Assembly: GCA_030017715.1 (NCBI GenBank)
Contig: JASEIU010000001.1
Location: forward strand, 782,276 to 846,275
Origin: Candidatus Saccharicenans sp.
GTDB taxonomy: Bacteria > Acidobacteriota > Aminicenantia > Aminicenantales > Saccharicenantaceae
DNA length: 64,000 nt
Reading direction: 5' to 3'
Part shown: in pieces, positions 1-9,952 of the stretch
How positions within the stretch are numbered: position 1 is the first letter of the stretch
Layout of the letters: every line of letters begins with the position of its first letter
Position numbers and translations under genes: made by a program
Notes under the pieces: generated by a model
Database searches by the model: none
The model's input: the letters and a program-made list of their open reading frames with translations, nothing else
Told to the model about the DNA's origin: nothing

Positions 1-722
1 TTGCCGTAAAAAGAAACCAGTTCGCCGGTTTTTACCACCTGAAGCCGGGCGTAAGGGGAATCTCTGACTTCGACTAACTGCAGAGGCTTCCAGTAAATTT
101 TTTCCGCCGGCCGGTCTCCCAGCCACAAGCCTGCCGCCACCAGGAAAGTCAGAGCCGGGGCGGCTATTTTTCTAAGGTCTGATACCAGGCTTATGGCCAG
201 GCCGGCCAGAAGAATAATCAGGGAGGCCGCCTGCCAGCTTGAGAGGTAGGGAGTCAGGATCAAGTAGACCAGCAATCCGCCTGCGGCCGCACCCAGGGAT
301 TCCAGCTGATAAACAGGGGCCAGGTTTCCCCGCAGCCAGAAAACGTTATAGACAAATAGCGCTCCCAGCGGCAGGCTGAGCCCGAAGGAAACAACCAGGG
401 AGGTCAGCAGCAGGGGACCGGGGCCGGTTATTTCAGCCGGCAGGAAGCCGAAACCAAACCTGGCCAGCCTGAGAAGGACCAGCAGTCCGGCGGCAATGAC
501 TATTACCACCTGGTAGAAAGCGGCCGGCTTGATCCCGGCTAGAAATTTTTTCTCGGCCAGCAGGCTGCCCAGGCCGCCTCCGAGCAGCCAGAAAGCCAGG
601 ACTAATCCATAGACCAGCTCGTTTCCCTGAAAGCGGACTTCAAATTCTCTAAGAATTATTACCTGAAAAGATGTGGCCAGAAAACCCAGTAGAAATGGCC
701 AGAAGGAATTCTTCAGCTCCAC
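1..722 (-). CDS. Multi-TM membrane protein, fused-MFS/spermidine-synthase-like (runs off the left edge)
   Basis: Not in the ORF track. Manual translation from GTG at 722 (overlapping the radical SAM stop): MELKNSFWPFLLGFLATSFQVIILREFEVRFQGNELVYGLVLAFWLLGGGLGS...EVRDSPYARLQVVKTGELVSFYG. The Q..LRE...GNEL and SPY motifs are typical of this family. Confidence 0.7.
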   Translation of the reverse strand, partial: MELKNSFWPFLLGFLATSFQVIILREFEVRFQGNELVYGLVLAFWLLGGGLGSLLAEKKFLAGIKPAAFYQVVIVIAAGLLVLLRLARFGFGFLPAEITGPGPLLLTSLVVSFGLSLPLGALFVYNVFWLRGNLAPVYQLESLGAAAGGLLVYLILTPYLSSWQAASLIILLAGLAISLVSDLRKIAAPALTFLVAAGLWLGDRPAEKIYWKPLQLVEVRDSPYARLQVVKTGELVSFYG

Positions 723-1840
723 ACCCCGGCAACGGTCTGACCGCAGTAACGGCATTTGTTCCCGCTCAATTCCTTTTTTCTGATGACATAGCCGTATCGC
801 TCGATTATTAATTTACCACATTTCGGACAGTAAGTGTTTTCTCCGGGATGGCCGGGCACATTGCCCACATAGACATAGTGCAGCCCTTCGGCCAGAGCCG
901 CTTCTCTGAGCCTTTCCAGGGTGGAAACCGGGGTGGGCGGAAGATTCTTGACCAGGTACATCGGATGGAAGCGGGAAAAATGGACAGGATAGTCCGGTCC
1001 GATTTCTTCTTTCAGGTAACGGCACATGTCCCGGATTTCGGCCGGGTTGTCGTTGAGGGTGGGAACGACCAGGTAGACTATTTCCAGCCAGGTTCCCGAG
1101 CGGGCAATCTGCTTGATGGTCTGGAGAACCGGTTGCAGCTCTCCCCGGACGTATTCGCTGTAAAAATTCTGATTGAAGGCTTTGAGGTCAACCTTGACGG
1201 CATCCACCACCCGGAGCAGGTCGGCCAGCGGTTCCGGGTTGATGTAGCCGGCGGTTACCACCACGTTCCTGAGGCCTTTCTTTCTGGCCAGCTGGCTGCT
1301 GTCAAACATATATTCAAAGAAAATCACCGGTTCGGTGTAGGTGTAGGCGATCACCGGGCAATCATAACGCTCACAGGCAGCCACCAGAGCTTCGGGCGAT
1401 AGACTGACGCTTTTGACCTGCTCCGGGCGCATCTGGGAGATTTCCCAGTTCTGACAGAATTTGCAGCTCAGATTGCAGCCGGCGGTGGCCAGAGAAAAAG
1501 CCCCGGAGCCGGGCAGGAAGTGGAAAAATGGTTTCTTTTCTATCGGGTCAACGTTCAGACTGGCCACCTGGCCATAGACCAGGGTATAGTACCTGCCGTC
1601 CTGATTTTCCCGGACGCCGCAGAAGCCTCTTTCTTTGTCACCCAGCCGGCAGAATCGGGGGCAAAGGTCGCATTTGATTTCCCGGTCGGGAAGTTTCCGG
1701 TAGTAACGAGCTTCAACCCGGGACAGCCTGGAGGCCGGCAGGGGAGAGCCCGGGGAAAAAAAGCCGGCAGCAGAAAGGCCGGGCAGCAAACATAGACCGC
1801 AACAGGAGAGCGAGCCTTTCAGAAAATCGCGACGGTCCAT
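713..1840 (-). CDS. amrS: AmmeMemoRadiSam system radical SAM enzyme with Tat-like N-terminus
   Basis: CDLCPRFC..GFCGVREN, DPIEKKP, CNLSCKFC (CxxxCxxC), YTYTEP, C-terminal CPKC/CRYC; N-terminal RRDFLK. Confidence 0.9.
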   Translation of the reverse strand: MDRRDFLKGSLSCCGLCLLPGLSAAGFFSPGSPLPASRLSRVEARYYRKLPDREIKCDLCPRFCRLGDKERGFCGVRENQDGRYYTLVYGQVASLNVDPIEKKPFFHFLPGSGAFSLATAGCNLSCKFCQNWEISQMRPEQVKSVSLSPEALVAACERYDCPVIAYTYTEPVIFFEYMFDSSQLARKKGLRNVVVTAGYINPEPLADLLRVVDAVKVDLKAFNQNFYSEYVRGELQPVLQTIKQIARSGTWLEIVYLVVPTLNDNPAEIRDMCRYLKEEIGPDYPVHFSRFHPMYLVKNLPPTPVSTLERLREAALAEGLHYVYVGNVPGHPGENTYCPKCGKLIIERYGYVIRKKELSGNKCRYCGQTVAGVWS

Positions 1841-1856
1841 TTTTCCTTTAATTTTA

Positions 1857-2753
1857 TTATACCTCTTCTTCGATTATCTCGATATTCTCCAGCCGGCTCT
1901 GTCCGAGGTTTAGTTTTTCTGCTGTCATAAGGTAAGAGGGCTGGCGCCCTTCTTCTTTAAGGGTCGGCAGCCCATTTTGAGACCGAAGCTCCTCGATGAG
2001 CTTCCAGCCGACGGCGTCGGCCGCAACCGGGTCCAGGCTGAAGACCAGTTTCTTAACCGCGGCCAGCCACCGGGGATGGTAGGAAGGACCGCGGTGATAC
2101 TGCACCCGCAGGGCATCGAGGATGGTCAGTCGATGCTTGCGGCGGATGGGGTTGGTTTCGAACAGTTCAGCAATATAGGGATCGCAGTTGGAATCATGGT
2201 ATTTATTGGGGTTATGGATGGCTCCGAAGTAGTTCTTAAGCCCGGCGGTTACTCCGGCCAGTCCGTGGTCTTTCAGCAGGGCCAGGCTGATGCTGGCCTG
2301 AATGAATTCAGCCTGAATTCGGGAAAAAAGGCTTCCCAGATGGCGGTGAGCGGTCGGCTCGGATTGATATCCCGCCCGGCGGTTGTCGGTGCCGAAAATT
2401 TTCAGGCTGCCCGGAGATGTTGAAATCTTATAACCGGCCTCTTTGAGTTCCTCTTCGGTTCTGTCCCAGATGATGATGTTTTCTTCGCGGCCGACCGTCC
2501 GGCCCAGCCACAGCCCCAGAGTCAGAGCTGTTTCCGGACTGGTGCTTAAAGCCCTGCGGCCGATGGTGTTAACCTTGAGGCCGATGGTTTCTTCCGGCCG
2601 GAACCAGGATTTGAGAGCTTCTTCGGCCCGAGCCGCTCCGCTCAGAGCCTCCAGGCCTTTTTTCAGCATGGCCAGGATGACTCCGGAGTCGGGACGGGAA
2701 AGGTCAGAAAAATTCCGGCTGTAAGTTACAATGACTACTCTGGCTTTGCTCAT
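1857..2753 (-). CDS. DUF362 domain protein
   Basis: IGLKVN, LKDH..AGVT.GLKNYFG, DPVAAD motifs. Confidence 0.8.
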   Translation of the reverse strand: MSKARVVIVTYSRNFSDLSRPDSGVILAMLKKGLEALSGAARAEEALKSWFRPEETIGLKVNTIGRRALSTSPETALTLGLWLGRTVGREENIIIWDRTEEELKEAGYKISTSPGSLKIFGTDNRRAGYQSEPTAHRHLGSLFSRIQAEFIQASISLALLKDHGLAGVTAGLKNYFGAIHNPNKYHDSNCDPYIAELFETNPIRRKHRLTILDALRVQYHRGPSYHPRWLAAVKKLVFSLDPVAADAVGWKLIEELRSQNGLPTLKEEGRQPSYLMTAEKLNLGQSRLENIEIIEEEV

Positions 2754-2864
2754 TAGCGGTCAGAATTATGATGACCCTGAAATTTAAGGTTGTCAATAGA
2801 AGATGCCGCCGGTTATTGCATTCGGTCCCGAAACCGGATATATTGAAATCAAACGGAGGAGATT

Positions 2865-3782
2865 ATGAGAGCAAGAAGGAATCGGCTGCTTTCATTATTG
2901 TTAAACCTGGGTCTGATCCTGATGACATTACCGGCAGCCGGGGGCAGCCAGGCTGCCGATTCTGGCCTGAAATCGCTTCTGCCTCAGGTCGATGGCTGGA
3001 AATTTCAGGAAGAGCCTCAGCTTTTTTCGCCCGGCACCCTTTTTGAGTACATAGACGGAGCCTCGGAGGCCTACTTGAGCTATGATTTTAAAGAACTGAT
3101 AGTAGCCCAGTACCAGAAAGGCGAAAGCGAAACCAGTTTGACTCTGGAAATATACGATATGGGCTTGCCCTTGAATGCCTTCGGCATCTTCAGCTCGGAA
3201 CGATATCCGGATAACCCGGACATAAACCTCGGCAACGCAGGCTATCTGGAAGAAGAAGTATTGAATTTTATTACCGGCAGCTTTTACGTCAAGTTAATCT
3301 GTTATAACGGCGGGGAGGAGACCGCGAACTACCTGAAGCACTTTGCCCGTGAGGTGGAATCGCGGGTCAGAGACAAAGGAAATCTGCCCGAAGTCTTCCG
3401 GCTGTTTCCGCCCGAGAACCGGGTAAAGAATTCGGAAAAATTCATAAAGAAAAATTTTATGGGCTTTGAGTTTCTGAGCCAGGGCTATGTCGTTCTCTAT
3501 CGCCAGGACAGGTCCGAATATGAAGGGTTGATCATCGATTGTGGTTCGGCGGCCGAAGCATCCCGGCGCTTGCAGCAACTTGTGGCTTTTTATGCCGGGG
3601 AGAAAAATCCGTTTCTCAAGGAAGGTTCCCGGTACCATCAGAAAAACGCCTACGGCCAGCACGTGTTGCTGGGGCAGGCCGGCGGTTACCTGTACGGATT
3701 CAGCCGGGTTCCTGACGATTTACTGCCGCAGGTTCTCAGGCAGTTTGAAAATCTGGGCCAGAAACTGAGTGCTGGAAAATAA
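2865..3782 (+). CDS. Exported protein, DUF6599-like
   Basis: Signal peptide; LFEYIDGASEAYL and IYDMG..NAFGIFS motifs. Confidence 0.65.
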   Translation: MRARRNRLLSLLLNLGLILMTLPAAGGSQAADSGLKSLLPQVDGWKFQEEPQLFSPGTLFEYIDGASEAYLSYDFKELIVAQYQKGESETSLTLEIYDMGLPLNAFGIFSSERYPDNPDINLGNAGYLEEEVLNFITGSFYVKLICYNGGEETANYLKHFAREVESRVRDKGNLPEVFRLFPPENRVKNSEKFIKKNFMGFEFLSQGYVVLYRQDRSEYEGLIIDCGSAAEASRRLQQLVAFYAGEKNPFLKEGSRYHQKNAYGQHVLLGQAGGYLYGFSRVPDDLLPQVLRQFENLGQKLSAGK

Positions 3783-4812
3783 GGGGGCGGGGGTGGCCGA
3801 GTCCCGTTTGACCAGAATTTCCCTGGTGATAATTGTCCTGTTTATCACCGGCATTATCCTTAAAATAGCCAGACCGGTTCTGCTGCCTTTTCTGGTGGCT
3901 CTTTTCATTTCCTATGCCGTGTCTCCGCTTCTGGACTGGCTGATCAAACTCAGGGTGCCGAAACTCCTGGCCATCACCTCGATCCTTATCCTGACCTTTT
4001 CTTTGCTTTACCTTTTCGGTCTGCTGGTCTATTCCAGCGGGAAGTACTTTGCTTCCGAGTTCCCAAAATACAACCGGCAGGTGGATTCTCTGATGGCCGA
4101 GTTAATCGCCTGGCTGGAACATCTGCCGTTCAAAGTCAGCGTTCCGACCATAATTTCGCAGCTCAACATAGAAAAATTGACCGGATTTTTGCTGGGCACC
4201 CTGGGGTCTTTTCTGACCTTTCTGGGAAAGCTGCTGGTCGTTTTTGTCTTTGTGATTTTTATCCTGGCCGGCCGCGACAAGCTCCCGGCCCGGATTGCCG
4301 CTGCCCTGGCCGAAGACCGGGCGCTTTACGTCAACCGGATGGTGGCCAGCATCAACCGTCAGATTCAGAAGTACCTGGCCGTCAAGACCGTGGTCAGCCT
4401 TCTGACCGGACTGCTGGCAACCTGTATTCTGCTTATATTCGGAGTGGATTTTGCCCTGCTGCTGGGTTTTCTGACTTTTATTCTGAATTACATTCCTTCA
4501 TTAGGTTCAATAATCGCCACTGTCCTGGCTGTGCTGATAGCCTTTTTTCAGTTCGGGAATTCGCTGGTCCCGGTCTGGGTTCTGATTTTGCTCGGCCTGG
4601 TCCAGACAGCCATCGGCAATTTTTTAGACCCCAAACTCATGGGTCGCAGTCTGGACCTCAGTCCGCTGCTGGTCATTTTTGCCTTGATTTTCTGGGGCTG
4701 GCTGTGGGGGATTGCCGGGATGTTCCTGGCTGTCCCGCTGCTGGCGGTGGTCAAGATAGTATTTGAAAATGTGCCATCTCTTAAGTTTCTGGCTGTCCTG
4801 ATGAGCAAGTAA
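3769..4812 (+). CDS. AI-2E family transporter
   Basis: Multi-TM; LNYIPSLGS, P.LMGRSLDLSP, FWGWLWGIAGMFLAVPL. Confidence 0.9.
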   Translation: MLENKGAGVAESRLTRISLVIIVLFITGIILKIARPVLLPFLVALFISYAVSPLLDWLIKLRVPKLLAITSILILTFSLLYLFGLLVYSSGKYFASEFPKYNRQVDSLMAELIAWLEHLPFKVSVPTIISQLNIEKLTGFLLGTLGSFLTFLGKLLVVFVFVIFILAGRDKLPARIAAALAEDRALYVNRMVASINRQIQKYLAVKTVVSLLTGLLATCILLIFGVDFALLLGFLTFILNYIPSLGSIIATVLAVLIAFFQFGNSLVPVWVLILLGLVQTAIGNFLDPKLMGRSLDLSPLLVIFALIFWGWLWGIAGMFLAVPLLAVVKIVFENVPSLKFLAVLMSK

Positions 4813-4927
4813 GTAGGCCGGGTGTGGCTTTTCCTGCTCCCTGAGCCGGGCGAAAAATCGCAGCCAAATCTGAAAACCGGGTAGAATCGGACAGGCGGGA
4901 AAGACACGGGAATAGTATCCGGGCCGG

Positions 4928-5719
4928 TCAGCCGTTCTTATCGGTATCGGGCGTCTTTAATTCGGGCGTCGCCCCCGGGGCGACGATAAAAGCCTCCTCG
5001 CTGAAGACCTTGAACCTGGCTTTGAGCATCTTCTTCAGGGCCTTCTGGGCGGCTTTCTGCTCGGCGCTTTTCTTGGATGGACCGCTGGCCCTGGCCAAGA
5101 CCTTATCGCCTGACAGAACCTCGACCGTAAAGACGCGGTCGTGGGCCGGCCCGCTTTCGGTGATAGTCCGATAGACCGGTCCCGGCAGCTTCTGCTGTCC
5201 GAAGTATTCCTGCAGGGCTGACTTGAAGTTGTTAATCTGGAAATTGTCCCGGGGCAATTTTTTGAAATGCTTTTTGACCAGAACCTGCAGCACCTGACGG
5301 CTGGTTTCAAAGCCACTGTCCAGGTAAACCGCTCCCACAACGGCTTCAAAGGTTCCGGCCAGGATGCTCTTTTTCTGGCGGCCGCCGCTTTTTTCTTCTC
5401 CGCGACCCAGGAGGACGGCCCTGTCCAGGCCCAGCTTTCTGGCCAGGATGGACAGCGAACTGGTGGAAACCAGGGCTGCTTTCAGCTTGGACAATTGCCC
5501 TTCGCCCAGTCCCGGATAGGCCTGGCGAAGAAAATCGGCCAGAATCAGGCCCACCACCGAATCACCCAGGAATTCCAGGATTTCATTGTCCTGAATCCTG
5601 CTTTCCGGGTGTTCATAGGCATAGGAACTATGGGTCAGAGCCTGTTTCAGGAGGGCCGGGTTATGGAAGCGGTAACCGAGTTTTTTTTCAATTGAGACCA
5701 AATTTATTTCTGCCTTCAT
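4928..5719 (-). CDS. rnc: Ribonuclease III
   Basis: ALTHSS, NEILEFLGD signature, dsRBD (KSALQEY...GPAHDRVF...SKKSAEQKAA). Confidence 0.95.
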   Translation of the reverse strand: MKAEINLVSIEKKLGYRFHNPALLKQALTHSSYAYEHPESRIQDNEILEFLGDSVVGLILADFLRQAYPGLGEGQLSKLKAALVSTSSLSILARKLGLDRAVLLGRGEEKSGGRQKKSILAGTFEAVVGAVYLDSGFETSRQVLQVLVKKHFKKLPRDNFQINNFKSALQEYFGQQKLPGPVYRTITESGPAHDRVFTVEVLSGDKVLARASGPSKKSAEQKAAQKALKKMLKARFKVFSEEAFIVAPGATPELKTPDTDKNG

Positions 5720-5728
5720 TTATAGCTT

Positions 5729-7036
5729 TCAATCATTCTTTTCGAATGGATAGGCGATTTTTCCGCCGACCACGGTCATGACCACAGCCCCGCGGAAACT
5801 GGTGTTGAGAAAGGGAGTGTTTTTGCTCTTCGACTGAAGCCCTCCCGGCGTCAGCACGGTCTGGCCCTCAAGATCCAGAAGGGTCAGGTCGGCATCGGCT
5901 CCAATTCTTATTTGACCTTTATTTTCCAGCTTCAACAACCTGGCCGGGGCTGTGGCCAGGGCTTCTATCAATCGTTCCAGCGGAAGCTCTCCGGTCCCGA
6001 CCAGCCTGTCCAGCAGGGAAGGGACGGCGGTTTCCAGCCCGTTGATGCCGAAGGGGGCTTTTTCCAGCCCCTGGCTCTTTTCCGACTCGGCATGAGGTGC
6101 GTGGTCGGTGGCAATGACCTCAATCAAGCCGCTTTTCAGGGCCTGGAGCAGTGCCCGGCGGTCGACTTCGGTCCGGAGAGGCGGATTGACTTTATAAACG
6201 GAGTTTCGGGTGAGAAGCTCCTCTTCGGTCAGGAGCAGATGGTGAGGGGTGACCTCAGCCGAAACCGGAGCTCCGGTCGCTCTGGCCCAGTCAAGCAGGG
6301 CTACAGAACCGGCCGTGCTCAGGTGGGCTAAGTGGACCGGCCGGCCTGTATTTCTGGCCAGGACGATGTCCCGGGCCACCATTATTTCTTCGGCCGCGGC
6401 CGGAATTCCAGGGAGGCCAAGAATTCGGGATACCCGGCCTTCATTAATAACCCCGCCGGAGGCCAGTGATTTTTCCTCGCAGTGGTCAATGAGCAACCTA
6501 CCCAGCCAGGCCGCTCTTTCCATAGCCTGTCTCATCAGAGCGCTGTTCCAGACGGGCTGGCCGTCATCGGAGAAGGCAGCCGCGCCGGCCGCAGCCAGCT
6601 CTTCCAGCGGGGCCAGCTCCCGGCCCATCTGTCCGCGGGAAATCGCGGCCACCGGCAGGACGTTTACCACCGCCCGCCCGGCCTTTTCTTTTATGAAATT
6701 TATTATTTCGGCCGAGTCGGCCACGGGACTGGTATTGGGCATGCAGCAGATGGTGGCAAAGCCTCCCCGGGCCGCAGCCCGACTGCCGCTGTCAATCGTT
6801 TCCTTGTGCTCGAAACCGGGTTCCCGGAGGTGGACATGCAGGTCGATAAAGCCCGGCACCACCAGCAGGCCGCCGGCCTCCACCACCCGGTCAGCATCAA
6901 CCCGGATTTCAGGTTGAATGGAGACGATCCGGCCTTCGGCCAGCAACAGGTCGAAGACCCCGTCGACCTTCTGGCCCGGGTCCAGCACCCTTCCTTTCCT
7001 GATCAAGAGCTTCAAGCCTGAACTCCCGGCTACCAA
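5729..7036 (-). CDS. pyrC: Dihydroorotase (type I)
   Basis: DLHVHLREPG, CMPNTSP, FSDDG, KVNPPLR, ATDHAPH. Confidence 0.95.
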   Translation of the reverse strand: MVAGSSGLKLLIRKGRVLDPGQKVDGVFDLLLAEGRIVSIQPEIRVDADRVVEAGGLLVVPGFIDLHVHLREPGFEHKETIDSGSRAAARGGFATICCMPNTSPVADSAEIINFIKEKAGRAVVNVLPVAAISRGQMGRELAPLEELAAAGAAAFSDDGQPVWNSALMRQAMERAAWLGRLLIDHCEEKSLASGGVINEGRVSRILGLPGIPAAAEEIMVARDIVLARNTGRPVHLAHLSTAGSVALLDWARATGAPVSAEVTPHHLLLTEEELLTRNSVYKVNPPLRTEVDRRALLQALKSGLIEVIATDHAPHAESEKSQGLEKAPFGINGLETAVPSLLDRLVGTGELPLERLIEALATAPARLLKLENKGQIRIGADADLTLLDLEGQTVLTPGGLQSKSKNTPFLNTSFRGAVVMTVVGGKIAYPFEKND

Positions 7037-7043
7037 TTATAAC

Positions 7044-7637
<594 letters not shown>

Positions 7638-7664
7638 TTATATTTAGCTAAAAACCGGCAAAAG

Positions 7665-8609
7665 TCAAGGCTGGAGAAGGCGGCGACCTCCGCCCCCAAA
7701 GAGCTTTCTGGCCCGCGAGACATCGGCGGCGATCTGCCGACGGAGAGCTTCAACCGAGGGAAATTTCTTTTCCTCCCGGAGTTTTTTCAGGAGATAAAGC
7801 CTGGCCTGCCGGCCGTAGAGTCTTCCAGAAAACTCGAGCAGATGAGCTTCGACCGAGGGCTGTCGCCCGCCGATGGTCGGCCGGAAGCCGATGTTGGCCA
7901 CGGCCGGGCGGGTTCTGTTTCCAATTGCTACCAGGCTCAGGTAAACTCCGGTCGGCAATATTTCGTTTTGGGTTTTCAGGTTGACGGTGGGGAAGCCAAG
8001 CTTCCGACCAAAGCCGCGGCCTCTGATTATAGTCCCGACGATCTCGTAAGGCCGGCCCAGCAGCCTGGAGGCCAGGTCCACCTGTCCCTTTTCCAGAAGA
8101 TTTCTGATCAGGCTGGAACTGACCTGGGTTCCGCCCTTTTTCACCGGCCTGACCGCCACTACCTTGAAATCGTGTCGACGTCCGAAAAGTCTGAGTTCCT
8201 TCACTCCGCATCGCCGGTTATGGCCGAAGCGGAAGTCTTCCCCGACCACCACTTCGCGGATTCCCAGCTCGGACTTCAGGATTTTTCCTGCGAATTCTCG
8301 ACCGCTCAGAGCCGCCAGATCCCTTTCCAGCGACAGGACCAGACAGTAATCGAGGCCGTGCTTTTCCAGGCATTCAAGTTTCTGCCGCCCGGTCTGGATC
8401 AGGTTGATTTTCCTGTGATTTAACACCCGGTCCGGATGGGGTGAAAAGGTCATCAGGCCTGAGGCCACCCCCAGCCGTCGGCTTCGCTCGACCAGTTTTC
8501 TCAAAATTTTCTGATGGCCGAGGTGGCAGCCGTCAAAGATACCAATGGCCAGGACGGAGTTTCCGGTCAGGCGTTTCAACCGGGGTGACAGGCCGCGGAA
8601 AACTTTCAT
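7665..8609 (-). CDS. ribF: Bifunctional riboflavin kinase/FAD synthetase
   Basis: GIFDGCHLGH, VSSSLIR, GRKLGFPTVN, NIGFRPT. Confidence 0.95.
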   Translation of the reverse strand: MKVFRGLSPRLKRLTGNSVLAIGIFDGCHLGHQKILRKLVERSRRLGVASGLMTFSPHPDRVLNHRKINLIQTGRQKLECLEKHGLDYCLVLSLERDLAALSGREFAGKILKSELGIREVVVGEDFRFGHNRRCGVKELRLFGRRHDFKVVAVRPVKKGGTQVSSSLIRNLLEKGQVDLASRLLGRPYEIVGTIIRGRGFGRKLGFPTVNLKTQNEILPTGVYLSLVAIGNRTRPAVANIGFRPTIGGRQPSVEAHLLEFSGRLYGRQARLYLLKKLREEKKFPSVEALRRQIAADVSRARKLFGGGGRRLLQP

Positions 8610-8614
8610 CGAGT

Positions 8615-8935
8615 TCAGAGCTTGATGGCTTCGACCTTCTTGAGATAGTTGAGTTTAAGCTGGGAGAGAATGGCTTCCAGAAAATTTTCTTCTTCCGGCT
8701 CCAGGTTGCCTTTGGTCCGGTCGCGCAGCAGGTCCAGAATATCGATCAGCCTCCTGGCGTATTCCAGGTTGGTTTCGAGCTGGTTGGTTCTTGGGTCTTC
8801 CAGCAGGCCAAGCTTTATCAGAGCCTGGGTATAGATAGGGAAGACGATGGAACTGAACTCCAGCGGGGGCATGAATTCCCGGGATTCTTCGGAACCCGGT
8901 CCGTTTTTGGTTCTGTCGTCCATATCGCTCGGCAT
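8615..8935 (-). CDS. DUF1844 family protein
   Basis: ALIKLG..DP...NLE.AR.LID.L..L..RTKGNL...E. Confidence 0.8.
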   Translation of the reverse strand: MPSDMDDRTKNGPGSEESREFMPPLEFSSIVFPIYTQALIKLGLLEDPRTNQLETNLEYARRLIDILDLLRDRTKGNLEPEEENFLEAILSQLKLNYLKKVEAIKL

Positions 8936-9046
8936 CCCTTGTCCGATGGCTTAAAGACTAAGGGTTGAAAAAATCAAGTCTTTAAGGTAACTTACGAACT
9001 TAAATCATAGCCATTATAAGAATAAAATTCAAGGGGAGGCCCGGCA

Positions 9047-9898
9047 GTGAAATCGGAAGCTGAGGTCGGAGAAAGGTTCCGGCAGCTGGTAGAAATCATA
9101 GCCAGACTGCGCTCCCCAGGGGGATGTCCCTGGGACCGGGCCAGAAGCCGAGGGGATATTCTGAACTATTTCCTGGAAGAGGTATATGAAGCCGTGGAAG
9201 CCATCGGCTCCGGGCGCCCGGAAGCCGCCAGGGAAGAACTGGGCGACGTGTTGATGGAAGTGGTTTTCCTGACCAGGTTTTACGAGGAGGAAGGCCTGTT
9301 TACCATGGCTGAGGTCCTGGAGGGCATCAACCGGAAGATGGTCGAACGCCATCCGCACGTCTTCGGACAGAAAAGCAAGTTGAGTCCGGAGTCGGTTCTG
9401 GCCGGGTGGCAGAAGAATAAGCTGCTGGAAAAAAGACGGCAGTCGATACTGGACGGGCTTCCGGCTTCCGCTCCTTCTCTGGTCTATGCTTTTCTGCTCG
9501 GGCAGCGGGCGGCTGCCCACGGCTTTGACTGGCCAAAGGCCGACTCGGCGCTGGAAAAGGTCAAAGAAGAGATCGCCGAGCTGGAAAAATCGCTCAAGAA
9601 TAAAAACAAGAGAAAACGCCAGGTGGCTGAAGAGCTCGGCGACACTCTTTTTTCGCTGGTCAACGTCTGCCGTTTGCTGGGCTTTAACCCGGAAATCGTT
9701 CTCCGCCAGGCCGGTCGCAAATTTGAACGGCGCTTCCGGCGGCTGGAAAAAGAATTGGAAAAGAAAGGACGCGAGGTCAGAGAATGTTCTCTCCAGGAAC
9801 TCGACCGGGTCTGGGAGACAGTTAAGAAAAATAAACGCGCCACCGGCCGACCCCTGAAGAACAAATCAAAAAGAAATTCCCGCCGGAAGAAAAAATAA
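9047..9898 (+). CDS. mazG: Nucleoside triphosphate pyrophosphohydrolase MazG
   Basis: GCPWDR, EEVYE, EELGD twice, RHPHVF, GFDW. Confidence 0.95.
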   Translation: MKSEAEVGERFRQLVEIIARLRSPGGCPWDRARSRGDILNYFLEEVYEAVEAIGSGRPEAAREELGDVLMEVVFLTRFYEEEGLFTMAEVLEGINRKMVERHPHVFGQKSKLSPESVLAGWQKNKLLEKRRQSILDGLPASAPSLVYAFLLGQRAAAHGFDWPKADSALEKVKEEIAELEKSLKNKNKRKRQVAEELGDTLFSLVNVCRLLGFNPEIVLRQAGRKFERRFRRLEKELEKKGREVRECSLQELDRVWETVKKNKRATGRPLKNKSKRNSRRKKK

Positions 9899-9952
9899 AA
9901 GACTCCCGGAAGGAAATTTCAGGAGCGGGCAAAAGGGCGGCCGGCCGGAGTC

